Positions 1 through 12,179 are shown, counted from the stretch's first letter. The stretch is DNA of 64,000 nucleotides from Octopus sinensis (GCF_006345805.1 NC_042998.1:145824001-145888000), one strand, 5' to 3'. Numbers and translations are program-made. Notes: generated by a model from the letters alone, not told the origin.

Positions 1-369
1 AGTTTCTTTCACTGCTGATTACAATCACCGCAATTAATAACGACAAGCTAACTGCGATCAGAACATAAGATATCGTTCTCCAAAATTTAAGCGTGTGAGA
101 CAGGGCCATATCTTCTGTTCTCCAATTAAAGTCTGAAATTATAAATCAAGCACAGAACATGATTTCAATATTTTGTTACTGAATAAATTAAATCATTTTA
201 AATTTAGAACTGGAAGTTGGAAATTTCACTGATCTTTTAAATTATTTTTCTGCGGGCCTAGGACTCATGTGGCCGATTACTCGGTTTCTATGGCATATAA
301 GTGACTGAAATCACAATATTCACCCATATTCTCCGTTGCAACATATTCACCGTTGCAGAGTTCAATGTC

Positions 370-580
370 AGCAATTTTGAAAGGAAGGACAAATCGATTT
401 CGTCGACCCCAGTATTTAACTGGTACTTTATTTTATACTTTATTTTAACGGGTACTTTGTTTTATCATTCCCTAAGACAAAGAGAAGCTCAGCAGATTTT
501 GAACTCAGAATGTAAAGAGCCGGAAGAAATACCGCTTAGTATTTTGTTCAACGTTCCAATGATTCTGCCAGCTCACGGCT
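370..580 (-). mobile_element. tRNA-derived SINE, family A (degraded copy)
   Basis: Shares CGACCCCAGT..AACTGGTACTT..TTTGAACTCAGAA..GAAATACCGCT core with the copies at 5915-7165; B-box-like GAGTTCAAA on minus strand. Confidence 0.6.
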
Positions 581-829
581 TTGATCTTTTACATATCATA
601 TATCTAATAGCACATTTAGTTATTAATTCAGAAAGTATACACTTCCTATGGTAAACATATAACAATGAATAACTGACAATGATGAACTTTTGAATTGTCT
701 GTAGAGCTTTTCATATGGTGAAACCAAATTCCTTTTACTTACGTAGTTAAAGCCCTTTAAAATATGTATGACTATCACAGCTTTATACTTCATCGCTTAA
801 CAAATATATGATTGTACGTCATTAAAAGA

Positions 830-1925
830 AGTTAACATTTCGTTAATTTGTGTGAAGAACACCATACACGAGTTATAAAGATTCCAGCAGCCGTATCTAC
901 AAGGTCTCCAGTTTCGATTGAAATCATCCCATTAACGTCGCTAAGCCTTTTAAAAGGCTCGCAACCGAACCAACTAGCAAGATACCTAAGAGTAGACCAA
1001 GAACGAGGTGGTTGGATAATATCCATAGTCTCAGTTGGTTACTCTTGGGAATCCAACAAGAAAGTGTAATGACGGCTGCTTTTGATAGGACCCTATGGAA
1101 GAGATGACTGAGGACTTTACCCTCAAGACAGTCTCAGAAAGATTAGAAGATGAATGGAGAGGCAATATTGTTTATTGATATATGGTGAATAATTAAAATA
1201 TAGTGTTGAGTGTTATTTTCTTGGGATATGTAAAGTATGTGTGTGTTTACGGTGTTGTTTTGTGAAACCAGATTCGCAGTTAACCATTGACCATTGTATA
1301 GTGTTTGAAAGACCTCTGTATATTGAGGATTTGTTGATGTCAAGTTGAACTGCTCTGATTTCTCCGTTGCTTTTAGGAAAGCGTAAAAGATAAGATCTTT
1401 AAAGTCATATTGGAAGGCATTGAGGTGAAAAGATAAAAGAGATTCAGGATGATAAAAGGCATCATCATTTATCATCATTTTACATTGCCTTTGATTAGAT
1501 GATGCACTCGGCCCAAAATATCAAATGTCTCAGGTTTTTTATGCCAAAAGATAGCTTGGAGGAATTTTAAAATGTTAGAGGAAACGGATGCTTTCAGGAA
1601 GGAAACAGGTTGATGTGGATATCTTCATTGCAGCATCAGAAATATCAAAACAGCTAATTAATAGGAACTGGATGAGATATAAAATGAAAACACCCATCAA
1701 GAATATTTGGAAGGTTTTACTGATATCCTAATGATAGCTATGGGAATCGCTTCACAGAATCTAGAGTTTTATAACTAAGTGGCAGTAGAGGGTGTATATA
1801 CCATGCAATTTTGAAGGATGAGAGATTTATATCGTTAAAAAACCGTGCGTCTTAATAAAGGATAGTAAAGAGGATTGCAGTTTAGAGCGGAAGTAGAATA
1901 AATCGGGCAGTAGGTTGGTCTGTTT
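830..1925 (-). mobile_element. Degraded non-LTR retrotransposon ORF2 3' fragment (L1/Tx1-like, tentative)
   Basis: Non-microsatellite, codon-like sequence in broken minus-strand frames (LLPDLFYFRSKLQSSLL..., LYNGQWLTANL...); no diagnostic motif intact. Confidence 0.3.
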
Positions 1926-2019
1926 TAACGTATTATATCCATGTGATACAACATTGTACATGCATGTGTGTGTGTGATGCAAGTGCATTGTATGTACGTA
2001 TATATCTATATAGAGAGAG

Positions 2020-2242
2020 GGGGTGCGTTGTTCTTGAGCAAAGCACTTCATCTCACATTGTTTTGAGATCACTTCGACACCTGACGCTTGGTACACCATG
2101 CACCTGCTCAAACAACGTCGATTTGATGGGGAGAGTGAGATAATGTGTGGCACGAACATTTCATCACTATAAACAACTCATTTGTGCAGGTCGTTCGACT
2201 AAAGGTGAATGCGCATTCGTCGTTTCCGACGAGAGAGTCCAT
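2020..2242 (+). mobile_element. SINE family C
   Basis: GTTCTTGAGCAAAGCACTTCATCT...CGATTTGATGG..GAGTGAG body also at ~5160-5360 and 55075-55365; the 5' part recurs at 63285. Confidence 0.55.
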
Positions 2243-2269
2243 CATATATATATATATACACATACATAT

Positions 2270-2550
2270 AAGAGGGATGACCACTAAGTGGACATCCATT
2301 ATGCTAGAGTGGTCTGATCACTAAGAAAAGATTGTTCTCAAGAAAATTCAGCAAACGCCAGAACGTAAGCGAGCAAAACAAATGAAAAGATACAAAATAT
2401 AAAGACTAATCACAAACCCGATTTCATTGTTACCACTTACGTAAATGTCCGCAATTCATCAGTGTGGTCGTCATAGCAAAATATATTTGCAGAACTATAC
2501 ACGAGACGTCTCCATGAGATTGCTGAATTTTCTTGAGAACAATCTTTATT
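2270..2550 (-). mobile_element. (TA)n-embedded Penelope-like terminal fragment with 28-bp inverted repeat
   Basis: AAAGATTGTTCTCAAGAAAATTCAGCAA (2327-2354) is the exact reverse complement of 2520-2547; hammerhead motif lies between; TA-rich repeats on both sides. Confidence 0.5.
2404..2472 (-). ncRNA. Type I hammerhead ribozyme
   Basis: Minus strand: CACA-CTGATGA-ATTG..(22 nt)..CAAT-GAAA-TCGG-GTT-TGTG; stem I CACA/TGTG, stem II ATTG/CAAT, minimal stem III, GUU site. Confidence 0.7.
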
Positions 2551-2559
2551 ATTTAAATG

Positions 2560-2590
<31 letters not shown>

Positions 2591-2619
2591 ATATATATAT
2601 ATATATATATATTATAATA

Positions 2620-2704
<85 letters not shown>

Positions 2705-2879
2705 GTTTAAATATTTGTTGTACAAGATTTTTTATGGGAAGTCGTGTGCTGAAACAGATATTGTTATATTTCGGAATGGTCATTTTGCCAGTTTAGCCAA
2801 TAAAAACACACGCACTATATATTTGGTGTTATTTTGCTTCAGTGTTATTTATTTTTTACATTAATCTTAATCTTATTTC

Positions 2880-2924
2880 GGCCAGAGTTCTTTCGTCACA
2901 CTCCTGTGACCGCATCAGTGGTCC
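2880..2924 (-). ncRNA. Hammerhead ribozyme variant (CUGAUGC-G core)
   Basis: Minus: GGACCA-CTGATGCG-GTCAC-AGGAGT-GTGAC-GAAA-GAACTC-TGGCC; 5-bp stem II, stem I CCA/TGG, CUC site; A9 replaced. Confidence 0.55.
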
Positions 2925-2982
2925 TTTGTTTTCTTCTTTCTTATTTGTGTCTCTCCTTACTAACCGTCAGCCATTTTGTATT

Positions 2983-3017
<35 letters not shown>

Positions 3018-3297
3018 GGAAAAACAAGTCAAGGTAGAAAATGCTAAAATGATTTTATAAAAAACATTTCAGTATCGGTTTCAGTCATTGAAACTTTTTC
3101 AGCTATAAGTATGGAAAACAATTAAATTTTGGAAAAAAAGAAAAGAAAAAAATTTATTAAAAGGATATTTGCATAACATTCAAATACAAATGGCATTTTC
3201 CTTGTTTCTGCCTGTCTCTGTCTTTCTTGCTTACTCTTGTGGGTTCGAGGTCGTTGTGAATTCTTGGTAGGGAAGAAGAAGAAGAAGAAGAAGAATT

Positions 3298-3425
3298 TAT
3301 TTTATCGATCCCGAAAGGATGAAGGACAAAGTCGACCTCGGTGGAATTCGAACTCATAACGTAGCGACTTGCGAAATACCGCTAAGCATTACATCCACCA
3401 TGCTAAAGATTCTGCCAGTTCACAG
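3298..3425 (-). mobile_element. SINE family A fragment
   Basis: TCGATCCCGAAAGGATGAAGGACAAAGTCGACCTCGG..GAAATACCGCTAAGCATT. Confidence 0.7.
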
Positions 3426-3926
3426 TCAATAAAGAAAAAGAAGAAGAAGAAGAAGAAGAAGAAGAAGAGGATGAGGAGGGGGAGGGGAAGGAGTAGGAAG
3501 GGGAGGGGAAAGGAGGGGAGGGGGAGGGGAAGGAGGAGGAAGGGGAGGGGAAGAGGAGGAGGAGGAGGAGAAGAAGAAGAAGAAGAAGAACAAGAAGAAG
3601 AAGAAGAAGAAAAGAAGAAGAAGAAGAAGAAGAATATAGTGATTAGAAGCGAAATACTGCCATGTCTAGCAGACAAGATTTCCAGTACTGAAGAGACGCA
3701 GAAATAACTCGAACCCAGGCTGGTCTGCTGGTCCTGTCGCTAAAAAGTGGTAAGAGTTCGCTTCCCTGCTCGCAATATATCGGATGCTGCTGTACATCGC
3801 TGTAAAGTCCATTCGAATGGAACAACGAAGTTGAAGTGGCTATGAAGACTACTTGCTAGTACAACTACTGCGTTCATCTCCTAGAGAGATATTAGAACTA
3901 GCTATATGTACGTATATATATGTGCG

Positions 3927-4002
<76 letters not shown>

Positions 4003-4015
4003 CGTGTGTATGTAC

Positions 4016-4055
<40 letters not shown>

Positions 4056-4129
4056 GAAATTTACAAAAAGCAAAAGACGAAGACAAGTGTGTAAACAACA
4101 AACAGGTGTATAAGCTCGGGGAGGTGAGA

Positions 4130-4170
4130 AAGTCTTACATTTCGAGCCTACGCTCTTCAACAGAAGGAGA
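4130..4170 (-). ncRNA. Minimal hammerhead-like motif (CUGUUGA variant) in a TA-embedded repeat
   Basis: Minus: CTGTTGA-A-GAGC-GTAG-GCTC-GAAA-T-GTA; same family on plus strand at 60184-60220. Confidence 0.45.
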
Positions 4171-4278
4171 CACGAGAAAATAACGAGAGATAATAAAATC
4201 ATGGCGATAGCCGGACAGAGGTCGTCAGACAGGAGAGCTATATATATATCTATATCTGTGTGTGTGTGTGTGTGTGTG

Positions 4279-4373
<95 letters not shown>

Positions 4374-4564
4374 GTATGTATATATGTATATATATATATA
4401 TACACACACACACACATGTTATATATACTATATATATAAATATACACATATACAGGCATAAATAAGTGTATATATATAAGGATAAGATCGTTATTTAAAA
4501 TTCTGATCATATCAAGTGGCCAGCATGGGAATAAAAAACCTTATAGATATTAATTATTATTAAA

Positions 4565-4705
4565 ATTATAATTAAGGGAATCTAAGAGATACCACCATGC
4601 TAGAGATAGCAGTCAAAATTTGACGCCAAAACGACTTGTTTTAGAGTCAAGTTTTGACTTCTGTCTCTAGCATGGTGATATCTCTTAGATACCCTTAATT
4701 ATAAT
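4565..4705. repeat. 141-bp fold-back palindrome
   Basis: 70-bp arms 4565-4634 and 4636-4705 are reverse complements with 8 mismatches and a 1-nt spacer; (TA)n follows. Confidence 0.9.
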
Positions 4706-4709
4706 ATAT

Positions 4710-4764
<55 letters not shown>

Positions 4765-5036
4765 ATATATATATATATATATATTAATAAATAAAATAAA
4801 CATATGCATATATATAAACATATATGTACGTACCTACCTCTACATGTACATATACACGCATATATGAGTACAGGACACCAAAAAGACGTCGAACACAATG
4901 AGAAACGAAAACATAGACACATACCAAAGGAACTGGACATTTTTTTAAACAACAAAAAAATAGAGTACAGGACAATTAACACAAAGAAAAAAACCCTTCT
5001 TCAGTCGCTATGGTTTCATCTACTCTACGTTTCGAA

Positions 5037-5075
<39 letters not shown>

Positions 5076-5106
5076 CATACATACACATATATACACACAC
5101 ACACAC

Positions 5107-5144
<38 letters not shown>

Positions 5145-5413
5145 AAGTAGGCTGTCGAACGTGCATGGTCTTAAGGCTAGCTCCTTGCACTCATGCTCGC
5201 AATATTGTAGTTTTAATTCCTGAACTGAGTAGTGTGTTTTCATCTAAATCTACTCTATGATCACTTCGACATCTGACACGCTTCACCTGTTCAAGTAACG
5301 TAGATTTGGTGGAGAAAGTGAGTTAATGTATAGCACATACCTTTCATTATTATATACAAATCCCGGACTACGACAGATTACCATCTCAAACACAGAAGCA
5401 CACACACACACAC

Positions 5414-5414
<1 letters not shown>

Positions 5415-5502
<88 letters not shown>

Positions 5503-5503
5503 C

Positions 5504-5600
<97 letters not shown>
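5415..5600 (+). repeat. (GATA)n microsatellite (representative of dozens of TA, CA, GATA, TATG, TAA, GAT, GAA, TAG tracts)
   Basis: Direct reading. Confidence 0.98.
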
Positions 5601-5914
5601 TCACTAAATTGATAGATATCACTAAATTTACTGTAAGTGCTATTCAGTTATCTTATAATCATGAAGACAGAATTTTTTCTAAAGCTTAACCGAAAACCAG
5701 ACTCTTGTTGCAAGGCGACTTTTTGTTCTCCATGATGTAGGAATGGGACAAACTGAACAATTCCATTTACTTCCAATAATTTCCTTCGTGCACTTCAGAA
5801 TCTTGATACAATTGTTGAATATAATCGGTTTAATCCGTGCAATCTGCTTATAGAATTTTCTTTTTCCAGTAAAAAAAAATATTATTTGTTTCCGAAGGAA
5901 ATGGGGCAAAATGG

Positions 5915-7165
5915 CAGAAATATCGAAAATGTTGGTTTCAAATTTTGGAATAATGCCAGCAAGTTCGGGTGGAGGGGATAAATCGATTACATCGACCCCA
6001 GACTTCAACTGATACTTATTTTATCGTCCCTAAAAGGATGAAAGGTAAAATCGACCTCGGTAAGATTTGAACTCAGAACATAAAGACGGAAGAAATGCAG
6101 CTTAGCATTTTGACTAGTGAGCTAACGATTCTGCTATTTCGCCACCTTAAATATGGAAGAATATTCTTTTCTACTCTAGGAACAAGACCAAAAATTTTAG
6201 GGGAAGGGCCAGTCGATTAGATCGTAGACCCCAGTATGCAACTGGTACTTAATTTCTCGACCCCGAAAGGATGAAAGGCAAAGCCGACATCGGCGGTGCT
6301 CAAACTCAGAACGTAAAGACAGACGAAATACCTATTTCTTTACTACCTACAAGGGGCTATACACAGAGGGGACAAACAAGGGCGTACAAACGGATTAAGT
6401 CGATTACATCGACCCCAGTGTGTAACTGGTACTTAATTTATCGACCCCGAAAGGATGAAGGATAAAGTCGACCTCGGCGAAATTTGAACTCAGAACATAA
6501 CGGCAGAAGAAATACCGCTAAGCATTTCGCCCGGCGTGGTAACGTTTCTACCAGCTCGCCGCCTTAATACCGAAGAATATTCTTTTCTACTCTAGGCACA
6601 AAGCCAGAAATTTTGGGGGAAGCAGTCAGTCGAGTAGATCGACCTAGTATGCAACGGGTACTTAATTTATCAACCCCGAAAGGATGAAAGGCGAAGTAGA
6701 CCTCGGCGGAATTTGAACTCAGAAGGTAAAGACAGACGAAATGCCTATTTCTTTACTACCCACAAGGTGCTAAATACAGAGAGGACAAACAAGGACAGAC
6801 AAACGGATTAAGTCGATTATATCGACCCCAGTGCGTAACTGGTTCTTATTTAATCGACCCCGAAAGGATGAAAGGCAAAGTCGACCTCGGCGGAATTTGA
6901 ACTATGAACGTAGCGGCAGACGAAATACTTATTTCTTTACTACCCACAAGGGGCTAAACACAGATAGGACAAACAAGGACAGACAAACGGATTAAGTCGA
7001 TTATATCGACCCCAGTGCGTAACTGGTACTTAATTTATCGACCCCGAAAGGATGAAAGGCAAAGTCGACCTCGGCGGAATTTGAACTCAGAACGCAACGG
7101 CAGACGAAATACCGCTAAGCATTTCGCCCGACGTGCTAACATTTCTGCCAGATCACCGCCTTAAT
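5915..7165 (-). mobile_element. Head-to-tail array of six SINE family A units
   Basis: Six copies of GACCCCAG..TACTT..ATCGACCCCGAAAGGATGAAAGG..CGACCTCGGCGG..TTTGAACTCAGAAC; minus-strand A-box-like TGGCAGAAATG and B-box GTTCAAATTCC. Confidence 0.9.
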
Positions 7166-7287
7166 ATCGAAGAATATTGAACAAAAAATATCACGAGTAT
7201 TTGTTTTATTTAGGCTATAAAATGAGGGGAGATATGTAATTCATACGGAAAGACAAACCTTTCAATAAATAATGACATGTTAAGTTA

Positions 7288-7459
7288 GGCGTAGACGTAG
7301 GTATGTGGTTAAAAGTTTGGTTCCCAAGTACATAGTCTCGAATTCAGTGTCCCACTGCACCACATCGAATTGGGCAAATGTCTTCTACTATATCCCTGGG
7401 CCGACAAAAGCCCTGTGGGTAGATGTGGTAGACGAAAACTGAAAGACCCCTGTCGTATA

Positions 7460-7535
<76 letters not shown>

Positions 7536-7755
7536 TTTGAAGGGGAACAAGCACATTTGTATCTGTGTTTGTTCCCACTCTCCAATCACTTGACAACTGG
7601 TGTTGGTCTGTTTACGCGCCTGTAACTGTGCAGTAAAAGTGATCCGATAGAATAAGTACTAAAAAAATGAATACTGGGCTCGATTTGTTCGACTAAAACT
7701 CTTCAAGGCGGTACCCCAACAAGGCCGTAGTCCAATGACCGAAACAAGTAAAAAA
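7288..7755 (+). mobile_element. tRNA-derived SINE family B with internal (TG)n
   Basis: Head TGTGGTTAAAAG..TTCAGTGTCCCACTG, body TCTTCTACTATA..CCGACAAAAGCC, tail TTCGACTAAA..AAGGCGGTACCCCA..TGACCGAAACAAGTAAAA; matches 34500-34865. Confidence 0.8.
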
Positions 7756-7802
7756 AATGCTTTTTTAATAAATAAAAATAAATAAAAGAATCTACCACTC
7801 AC

Positions 7803-7839
7803 CTTGTACTACTTCACGATACGGCGAGCGATAAACCAT
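7803..7839 (-). CDS. Candidate first coding exon of an unidentified minus-strand gene (MVYRSPYREVVQ, phase 1)
   Basis: ATG at 7839 followed by 37 nt ending in a consensus donor CAAG|GTGAGT; unique CpG-containing sequence; peptide not recognised. Confidence 0.3.
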
Positions 7840-9125
7840 AAGTGGAGGTCAACCTTTACTTGTTTCGTCACTGGATGAAGATTTGGGTTGCTTTAATCTT
7901 CTAACTTTTCTTCCTTAATATCATTTCAATATCAACATTTGTGCGAGAATGGGTGAATCGTTTTATTCTCTCCTTCACTTCTTTCGTTCTTTTCTTCTTA
8001 ATTTCCTTCCACTTTCATTTCCTCTTTCTGTGGATGTGGAAGTGTTTTTGTGTTCTTACGTGTGTGTGTGTATGTGTGTGTGTGCGTGTGTACTTTCATA
8101 ACTACATCTCACCTCATCTATTTATTTATCAATTAAAAAAAATTTCTCGAAAGTTATTCTTCCATAACTTATTTCATAATGAAATACAATCCGAACTAAT
8201 ATTAAATAACTTTCAACATAAAATTTTCACTAAATATTTGCATTTACATTTTTATGTATTCCAAGTCATCTATGTAATTTTATTTCTAGCTGAAATCCAC
8301 TCAAAGTTTTTTTTCTTTTTTGCTTTTGTTTTCCTTTTCTGTATATATATCTTCGTTTTTTTTGCGGTGGTGGGTGTTTTTCGTTTTTGTTTTTGTTTTT
8401 TGTTTTTGTTTTTCTCGTCAATATTTAACAAATAGAGGGAGAATGGATTTATTTAATAGGAATTATTGAAATATTAAATCTTATTGCCTGAGGACTTCGG
8501 CTATTTTCATTGTTATTGTTGTTGTTACTACTACAACCGCCGTTATGCTTCATTCATCGCCAATAATAAGACAAACTCAGTGGAAAATTTAGATGTCATA
8601 ACGCTTGCATACACTTTTCGGGAGTATCTTCTACAACATCATGTTTTAGATGATGTAAGAGGTGACACAAAGCATTCTAGCGATTGTTTAAATGCAAACG
8701 ACATTGAATATATAACAGACGTCATAGTAATGTATGTACAGAAAAATATACATGTAAATCAAATGATATACATACACCAGAATCGCCAAGATAAGAGAGT
8801 GATTTGAATAACAGGGTTGGTGAATTTTAATTGAGAGCAGTCTCTCTGAGTTTTGATACTAATTCCGTGTTTAACTGACTGTGAATAACGGGACTTCATC
8901 AGAGGAGATTTCCAACTCTTGCAGACACCATAATGAATTAATATCTATAGGTTGTTCTGATCAAACAAATCTAGTAAATACCAGCTCCAAAATCTCTTAT
9001 GTATTCAATATAAATATATGCATCGTTTCCACCTGGTGGGTGGCAGCTTTAGTCCCAATTAAGCGAAAGCCACCAGTCAAAGAAAACCATGCTTATTTCT
9101 AAGGTTTTATATTGATAGAATTCAG

Positions 9126-9190
<65 letters not shown>

Positions 9191-9191
<1 letters not shown>

Positions 9192-11380
9192 TTTCAAAAA
9201 GGATGTAAACGTGGGTCCTATGGTTGTAAAGATCAGCTACTCGTCATTAAGATGATTTTGGAAGATTGTCACAAACAACACAAGAGCTTATCAATTGCCT
9301 GGATAGACTATAAAAAAGCTTTTATATAGCTGGATTTTAAAATGCTTAGCACCTACTCTGCGAAACTTATCTGTAAGTATGAGATCATGAAAAATAACAC
9401 TGACTTTGAATAGTGACAATGAAACTTTTAATGTTAGGAATGTAAGAATTTCATTTGGCATTTTCCAGGGTGACTCTCTATCACTACTCTTCTTTTGTCT
9501 AGCCTTAATACCTCTTTCGGAATTTCTTGATGATGTACAATATGGTTATAAAATTTTTGATAAAAATACAAATCATCCCTTTTACACACATGGTTTAAAG
9601 CTCTTTGCAAAAAATGACCAACAACTACACGGTTTACTGGCAATTGTAAAACAGTTCAGTGATGACAACAGGATGGGATTTGGCCTAGATAAATGTGGAA
9701 AAGCTACATTTATCAGAAGGAAAATGATAGAAACTTCCAACGTTAACCATGAACAACAGAATGCTATAAAGGAGTTAGAACCAGCGGAGAGCTACAAATA
9801 CCTAGGTGTATTTTAATAAGATGGAATCAAACGTTCAATGATGAGGAAAAAGATCAGAAAAGAATGTTATCGCAGGGTTAGGGCAATACTCAAGACAGAG
9901 CTGAACGCAGGAAACAGGATCGAAGTTGTCAATACTTTAGCCATAACTGTCGTATTATTAACTGGTCAATTATTGAGATCTCTAAGCTTGTCAGAAAAAT
10001 ACGAAAATTGTTGACAATGATTAGAATGCACCACCCGAAGGCAGATATTTAACGACTGTACCTGTCAAGAAAAGAGGCTGACCGTGGACTTCTGCAACTG
10101 GAATTGACAATGAAGATTGCCACAATTGGTCAAAACACTTACCTGAAAAACTCTGATGACTGAATGTTAAAACTTCTCTTGATGCATGAAAACAAGAAAA
10201 CGTCATACTCAGTAACAAAACAGGCAAAGAAATATCTAAGTGAATTCCAAATACAACAAATCCCAGAATTAGACGTACTGGAAACAAGCACAGAAAAACT
10301 AAAGGTATGAAAACCCTTGCTAAAACGGTTGCTTTAGATATTTTACTGATAAATGGCAGGTAAAATCTCTCAATGGCAAATATCCAAAGAGAGCTAATAA
10401 TGCTGATGTTAACAAAGCCCTTACCCATCAATGGTTAGTATCTTCTGGCTTAAAATCAGAGACTGATAGATTTATCATAGCAGCACAAGATCAATGCCTA
10501 CCTACAAGAAGCTACCAGGCCATCTTAAAGAACGGCAATAGCTCAATAAGTCAGGTGTGCAAAAAACAAAATGAAATCATCGAATATGTTGTCTCCGGAC
10601 GTAGTTTTCTTGTGCCTACAGAGTATCTGAACAGGCATGATAGAGCGGCAAAGTATATTCACTTGGTAATTTGCAAACACTTGGATCTGTCCCATGATAA
10701 AAACTGGTGGGAACACAAACCAACTCCAGTGCTTGAAAATGATCACACCTCACTCCTTTCCAACTCCACTGTTCAAACTAACAGAAAGATAGATGCAAAT
10801 AGGCCAGACATTATGTTGATGGATTGCAGGCAAAAACATGCCTACTCATCGATATGTCTGTCTCAATCGACATAAATGCATCTGTCAAGACCTACCAAAA
10901 ACTGAGCAAGTATAAAGATCTAGAAATAGAAATTGGCAAAATGTGGAACTTCCAGAATAAAACGATACCTGTTGTCATAAGAGCTCTAGGAATGATAGCA
11001 AAAAAGAAACCCAAATATGAAAGAAATTCAAAAAATAGTGCTCATAGGAACTGCTCATATCCTAAGAAAAATATTGTCTGTATAATCCCAAAAACATTTT
11101 AATCTGTAAACAGTGTCAAAACACTTTTAAATGTACGCTACAGCAAACACCTTTTACTGTCATCATATCGTCACACTATCATCTTACCATCAAGTTACTT
11201 TTAAAACAAACTTCTAATCTTCTGATGTTTTGACAGGCATTCTCTAGAACAATACTCTGTGCAAAACCAAAAGTATAGCATCCTAGTCATAACACCAAAT
11301 TGAACTTCTAGCTGCTGTCTCTCGAGGTATGTGGGTGTGACTTGCAGTCAACTTGTACAAATACAAAGCAAAAGCCAAAC

Positions 11381-11383
<3 letters not shown>
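9191..11383 (+). mobile_element. R4/Dong-like non-LTR retrotransposon (RT + restriction-like endonuclease), 5'-truncated, frameshifted
   Basis: QKGCKRGSYGCKDQLL, AWIDYKKAF, GIFQGDSLS, FGLDKC, YKYLG, RHDRAAKYIH, NRPDI, KLSKYKDL motifs; (TAA)n on both flanks. Confidence 0.92.
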
Positions 11384-11449
<66 letters not shown>

Positions 11450-11451
<2 letters not shown>

Positions 11452-11998
11452 GCCCTCATGCAGTACCAGGCAGTGGCTCTCATGGCTTCTGATCTTAACT
11501 GATTGGAAGTGTATCATGTACATTGTTTTGTCTTGGTATAAAAGATGGGCTACAGCAAATATTCTGCTCAATACCACAGATTTGCTTGTCAGTTGTTGAC
11601 CTTAACCAGTTGAGCATGTCCTTTAGTGGCTGACGATATGTGCATCTCTGATCACGAACAGAGTAGGGGGGAGCATCATAGCCATGTGTTGAGAGGGATT
11701 CTTTGGGGTTTCAATGATTCACCTCTGGAAACATGGGTGGTTCTTTCAACATCCTTAAACAACCCTATTCAGGGACCTTTTGAGCGGGATGGGTTACTCG
11801 ATCTGAAGAAAATTCTAACTGGGCCCCACCTGCAAGGTCATGTGCTGTTTATCTTGATATGAGATCACCATGTCGCGCACATATGGTTGTGATGCATGTG
11901 CCTGGTGTACCTTATCAGACGGGTAGTCATGATGGGTATACTGGGCTTCGTATATTTTACCCCAGTGTCACTTGATGGCATGCTCTGCTCGCTCACTC
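11450..11998 (+). mobile_element. ~550-bp non-coding element inserted in (TAA)n, copy 1
   Basis: Near-identical to 12293-12813 and 21724-22297 with the same two ends (ATGCCCT.ATGCAGTACC ... CTCACTC-(AAT)n); biological strand not established. Confidence 0.85.
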
Positions 11999-12051
11999 AA
12001 TAATAATAATATAATAATAATAATAATAATAATGATGATGATGATGATGAT

Positions 12052-12098
<47 letters not shown>

Positions 12099-12111
12099 AA
12101 TAATAATGATA

Positions 12112-12179
<68 letters not shown>

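Noticed and set aside
3369-3707. ORF rich in K/R/G/E runs
   Set aside because: Translation of (GAA)n/(GGA)n purine repeats next to a SINE; no evidence of coding
3849-4510. Many overlapping YI/CV/HT-repeat ORFs (also at 15826-17101, 32735-33118, 46030-46636, 57740-58077)
   Set aside because: Stop-free microsatellite translations
4990-5040. GAAACGTA followed by CTGAAGA on the minus strand (possible type II hammerhead)
   Set aside because: No convincing stem I or stem II pairing; probably a truncated remnant
5915-7165. Regularly spaced repeats resembling a CRISPR array
   Set aside because: Units are ~180-240 bp SINEs with dispersed copies, the 'spacers' are themselves repeated, no cas genes, eukaryotic context
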